Assembly (NCBI GenBank): GCA_965204345.1
Contig: CBDBEK010000006.1
Coordinates: 1-10,221, forward strand
Source of the DNA: Nitrosopumilus sp.
GTDB lineage: Archaea; Thermoproteota; Nitrososphaeria; Nitrososphaerales; Nitrosopumilaceae
Length of the DNA stretch: 10,221 bases
Direction: 5' to 3'
Positions 7,088 to 10,221 of the stretch are shown in pieces (within the stretch, counting starts at the first letter, position 1; each line of letters starts with the position of its first letter). Below the pieces are notes generated by a model, which worked only from the letters and a program-made list of their open reading frames with translations, searched no databases and had not been told where the DNA came from. The position numbers were made by a program, and so were the translations under genes.

Positions 7088-7597
7088 ATGGCTGAAAAGT
7101 TTGCACCAGGCAGATGCATGGTTGTTGACCAAAACAAGATAACTGTCATAAAAGATACCTCATCCAAATTTGATTCTGTCTCACATTCCAAAATAGACCA
7201 GAGATATGCACAGACACTCTCAGGCGAGGACAGGCTGGAATTTTGCAAAAAATTTATCGTGCATCCAGACGAGTCCATCAGAAATGAGGCAGTATGGGTC
7301 ATGCAAGATTTAATCAAGGAATATCCCCAAGGCCATCTTATACGAAATCATATTGAGATGATGGGCCAATGGCTTTTGCTAAATGACAATGATGCCCATA
7401 TCAGGCACGAGGCGTGTTTTATTCTGATTAGAAGCGATAATCCAGAATTGGCCCACGTACTAGCATATGCGGCACTGCGTGACCCGGCAGAACTGGTAAG
7501 ACACGAGGCAACAGAGGTGTTAGGAGAGATGCTAGATAAAAGATATTTTTGGATAATTGAAAAAAATACCGGCGATAATTTCAACGTGTCATTTTAG
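7088..7597 (+). CDS. HEAT/PBS-lyase repeat protein with DOHH-like RHEA motifs, possibly C-terminally truncated
   Basis: Three repeats: HPDESIRNEAVWVM, NDNDAHIRHEACFIL and RDPAELVRHEATEVLGEM. Confidence 0.8.
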   Translation: MAEKFAPGRCMVVDQNKITVIKDTSSKFDSVSHSKIDQRYAQTLSGEDRLEFCKKFIVHPDESIRNEAVWVMQDLIKEYPQGHLIRNHIEMMGQWLLLNDNDAHIRHEACFILIRSDNPELAHVLAYAALRDPAELVRHEATEVLGEMLDKRYFWIIEKNTGDNFNVSF

Positions 7598-8001
7598 AAG
7601 GGGATTGAGGAAAAGTTGAGCTAATAGTTAAAGTCAGATATCTTAAAAACATCAAAAATTAACCTTGTTTTTCAGTATTAAGGCATACGTAGAAATCATT
7701 CTTCAGAATGGTCAGTTAGGCAGTTTCTATGGAACTGTTAGAATATACTCCAACAAACCTAACCCACATCACTTTTGATTGGTTGTGTACATCTAGCCAC
7801 AGACACTTTGATTTCAAAATACTCGTACAGCAACAGAAAGGTACAAGCCAATCACAAACAAGAGTCCAGCAGCTAGATCCTGTATTTTTGAGATTTCAAT
7901 AAGGTCAAAAATCAGATAATTGATAAAAAAAGCCGGAGCTCAGACTCGATTAGTTTCTTCATACCAAGGTCATTACTCTAACTCTTCTTCATTGCTCGGC
8001 A

Positions 8002-8063
8002 GTTAGATTAGGATGCAATTTGATAATAAGATAATGAAATGGTGGGATTGGGGAAATTTGAAT
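8002..8063 (-). repeat. att-like perfect 62-bp duplicate of the tRNA-Pro 3' end plus downstream flank
   Basis: Identical to 8100-8161 (GTTAGATTAGGATGCAATTTGATAATAAGATAATGAAATGGTGGGATTGGGGAAATTTGAAT). It contains the last 24 nt of the tRNA. Confidence 0.92.
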
Positions 8064-8099
8064 ACGATCAAGGGAACCAGACATTTGGAAACTGTAATT

Positions 8100-8161
8100 G
8101 TTAGATTAGGATGCAATTTGATAATAAGATAATGAAATGGTGGGATTGGGGAAATTTGAAT
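8100..8161 (-). repeat. tRNA-overlapping copy of the 62-bp direct repeat
   Basis: Identical to 8002-8063 and overlaps tRNA positions 8138-8161. Confidence 0.92.
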
Positions 8162-8214
8162 TCCCGACCTCTGCGTCCCAAACGCAGAATCATACCAAGC
8201 TAGACCACAATCCC
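8138..8214 (-). tRNA. trnP: tRNA-Pro (anticodon TGG), intronless, CCA encoded
   Basis: The reverse complement folds as acceptor GGGATTG/CAATCCC, D-arm, anticodon arm CTGCG-TTTGGGA-CGCAG, T-arm GGGAA-TTCAAAT-TTCCC, and ends in ACCA. Confidence 0.97.
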
Positions 8215-8236
8215 AACAAATCCAAAGAATTGCCCA

Positions 8237-8267
8237 AATTTAAGCTTCACAGATAATCATTTTAAAG
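8237..8267. promoter_or_regulatory. Putative back-to-back TATA boxes for tRNA-Pro (-) and map (+)
   Basis: AATTTAAG (8237-8244; CTTAAATT on the minus strand) is ~25-30 nt from the tRNA 5' end. TTTTAAAG (8260-8267) starts 28 nt before GTG8288. Confidence 0.4.
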
Positions 8268-8287
8268 GCAAAATTACGATCGAAATC

Positions 8288-9184
8288 GTGCAAACAGAGC
8301 AATACATCAAAGCTGGCAAAATTGCAGCAGAAGTAAGAGAGATTGTCAGAGTAAAAGACTGGATAGGCAAATCAGTTTTTGAGATTTGTGAAGAAGTAGA
8401 AGGAGAGATTAGGAAAAGGGGTGCAAAATGTGCATTTCCAGTAAATGCAAGCATTAATGAAATTGCAGCTCACTATACGGCAGAGCCAAATGACCCAATT
8501 ACAATCAGGGATACGGATTTGGTAAAAATTGATCTTGGCGCACAGATTGACGGATACATTGCAGATACGGCAGTGACAGTATGTTATGATGCACAGTTTG
8601 ACGGGCTAGTGCAAGCAGCAGAAGAAGCATTAGAAAACGCAATGTCCATGATAAAATCGGGAGTCAAAGCAAGTGATGTGGGTCGAACAATTGAGACGAC
8701 AATTAAAAAAATGGGATTCAAGCCAATTGCAAATCTGAGCGGACACTCACTAGAACAGTACACAATACATGCAGGCAAGTCAATTCCAAACATCTGGTCA
8801 ATTGGAGGATTTTCACTTTCAGAAAACTCAGCCTATGCATGTGAACCATTTGTAACAACAGAGCAGGGCGGAGGATTTGTGAGAAACGGACAAGTAAAAA
8901 ATATTTTTGCATTAAATTCACGAAAGAAGACAAAAAATGAAGAGGCAGACAGACTGCTAGACTTTATCTGGGAAAACTTCAACATGCTACCATTTGCGCT
9001 AAGATGGATTGCAAAAGAATGGGAAGAAAAGAAGGGAAAGGAGTTATTAGATTTTCTAGTAAAGAAAAAGGCAGTACAGGCATATCCAGTACTTGTAGAA
9101 GTAAACGAACAAAGGGTTGCTCAGGCAGAACACACATTCATTCCAGGTGAGACAGGAGTCACAGTCACAACCAAGGCAGAATAG
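8288..9184 (+). CDS. map: Type II methionine aminopeptidase
   Basis: Motifs AAHYT, KIDLGAQIDGYIADTA, LSGHSL...IHAG, EPF and QAEHT, plus the type II helical insert (LPFALRW). Confidence 0.97.
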   Translation: MQTEQYIKAGKIAAEVREIVRVKDWIGKSVFEICEEVEGEIRKRGAKCAFPVNASINEIAAHYTAEPNDPITIRDTDLVKIDLGAQIDGYIADTAVTVCYDAQFDGLVQAAEEALENAMSMIKSGVKASDVGRTIETTIKKMGFKPIANLSGHSLEQYTIHAGKSIPNIWSIGGFSLSENSAYACEPFVTTEQGGGFVRNGQVKNIFALNSRKKTKNEEADRLLDFIWENFNMLPFALRWIAKEWEEKKGKELLDFLVKKKAVQAYPVLVEVNEQRVAQAEHTFIPGETGVTVTTKAE

Positions 9185-9208
9185 CTCAAAAAAACACCAG
9201 GAAAAAGT

Positions 9209-9322
9209 ATGAGTGAAGAAGTCAGGGCATGTCCAAAATGTAGAGGATTCATGTTCAAAGAGCAGGGAGAGGCAGTCTCATGGTTCTGTCCTTGCTGTAA
9301 CGTAAAATATAGAACAAAATGA
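9209..9322 (+). CDS. 37-aa Zn-ribbon microprotein (below the ORF-track cutoff)
   Basis: MSEEVRACPKCRGFMFKEQGEAVSWFCPCCNVKYRTK* carries CPKC and CPCC knuckles and fills the gap between map and the convergent gene. Confidence 0.65.
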   Translation: MSEEVRACPKCRGFMFKEQGEAVSWFCPCCNVKYRTK

Positions 9323-9330
9323 TCCAAGAG

Positions 9331-9513
9331 TTATTGTTCGGTTGTTTGGCCAAATATTTTCTCAATGCAAACAGCCTCATTACAGGAGGCACATTTGGAT
9401 GTGTCTGCAAATAAGACATCGCCTTTTTGAAATTTTCTTTTGCTCATAGAACCGCATTTTGTACATTGCTCCACAGTATATGCAATAGTAATTTTCTTCT
9501 TTGAGAATATCAT
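9331..9513 (-). CDS. 60-aa Zn-ribbon protein translationally coupled to the DUF1512 gene
   Basis: MIFSKKK...EQCTKCG...KRKFQKGD...KCASCN...IEKIF. Its ATG (9513-9511) overlaps the upstream TGA as ATGA. Confidence 0.75.
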   Translation of the reverse strand: MIFSKKKITIAYTVEQCTKCGSMSKRKFQKGDVLFADTSKCASCNEAVCIEKIFGQTTEQ

Positions 9514-10221
9514 TGTGGCACCCCACAAGTATTTCCTACGCCGACAATCACTACAGAGTTGCCAGAAACAGTATTCTCTCGAATCATATCATAAACTTGC
9601 ATCCTGACATCATCGGCAGTATCAGCAATATCCCTAGTCATCAAAGTTATTGCCTCCTTTACAGATTGCTTGATTACAATTGAAAATATCGGTATGTTTT
9701 TGGCGGCACCTACTGATTCAATTTGGAATCTTTCAGTGCCAATGCCTCCAATAGCTGCACCAAAACCTTGGGCAATTGTTGCAGAATCTTCACCCTCCAT
9801 TTTCAGTGCAGCATCAATCATAATAATTGCATCAAGCTTGTTTTCAGAGGCGATTCTCAGAAGGGCATCTGCTGGCCGTCCCACAGTAGAACTTGGACCC
9901 TCAGCTTTTAGTAAGAACAAGTGCCTGTCTTCAAAATCAGTCTTTGCAAGGGATGTCTGAAATGCAATTTTTTCCTTGCTGTGTTTTAGCATCATTTTTC
10001 CTACAACCATGGGACCAATACCGTCCCCCACAGGCTGGCCTGCTTTAAATGCGGGAATTGCTTCCTTCATGGCTTCTGCCTGCTCCATTATAAAGGGGAG
10101 AATCATCTGTAAAGGCAAAATCAGAGGATAGTTGTTTTGTTTTTTTGCAGTTAGGAACATGTGGTTAATTATTTTGTAAATCATCTGCAATGAAGAGGCA
10201 ATTTCAAGTAAAGTTTGCACC
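9510..10221 (-). CDS. DUF1512 family protein (5'-truncated by the window)
   Basis: Motifs GQPVGDGIGP, KAEGP...VGRP, IMIDAALKMEGE.S...QGFGAAIGG.G.E and VGVGNT.GV.Q. This family is typical of cren-/thaumarchaea. Confidence 0.85.
   Translation of the reverse strand, partial: VQTLLEIASSLQMIYKIINHMFLTAKKQNNYPLILPLQMILPFIMEQAEAMKEAIPAFKAGQPVGDGIGPMVVGKMMLKHSKEKIAFQTSLAKTDFEDRHLFLLKAEGPSSTVGRPADALLRIASENKLDAIIMIDAALKMEGEDSATIAQGFGAAIGGIGTERFQIESVGAAKNIPIFSIVIKQSVKEAITLMTRDIADTADDVRMQVYDMIRENTVSGNSVVIVGVGNTCGVPQ

Noticed and set aside
7598-8001. Short ORF fragments on both strands, including a ~40-codon hydrophobic stretch on the minus strand
   Set aside because: They are short, lack convincing starts or motifs, and show no integrase or transposase signature; they may be decayed DNA but cannot be called.
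8002-8161. Repeat / 36-bp spacer / repeat read as a mini-CRISPR array
   Set aside because: There are only two units, the 62-bp repeat is longer than typical CRISPR repeats and derives from the tRNA 3' end, and no cas genes are in the window.
8257-9960. Opposite-strand ORFs over map and the DUF1512 gene (8257..8454, 8584..8793, 8718..8933, 9121..9327, 9501..9683, 9670..9960, 9723..9911)
   Set aside because: They are antisense shadows of conserved genes.

Overview
Archaeal chromosome segment, most consistent with Nitrososphaerota/Thaumarchaeota (Nitrosopumilaceae-like), judged from protein motifs and TATA-type promoters. The left side holds the end of a small Cys/His protein, a probable standalone Lrp/AsnC ligand-binding-domain gene and a frameshifted NusA-like gene; the last two share a duplicated ~60-bp promoter/start segment. 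The right side holds housekeeping-type genes: tRNA-Pro(TGG), type II methionine aminopeptidase, two tiny Zn-ribbon proteins and a DUF1512 gene. Between them is a ~7-kb accessory block ending at a perfect 62-bp duplication of the tRNA-Pro 3' end. It encodes a secreted acidic protein resembling an orphan S1-protease prodomain, a ~1376-codon secreted multidomain protein with two different complete serine-protease triads (S8 subtilase plus S1 chymotrypsin-like) broken by one in-frame TAG, another secreted protein and a HEAT-repeat protein. No integrase, transposase or cas gene is visible. All family calls come from motif recognition by eye, not database searches.
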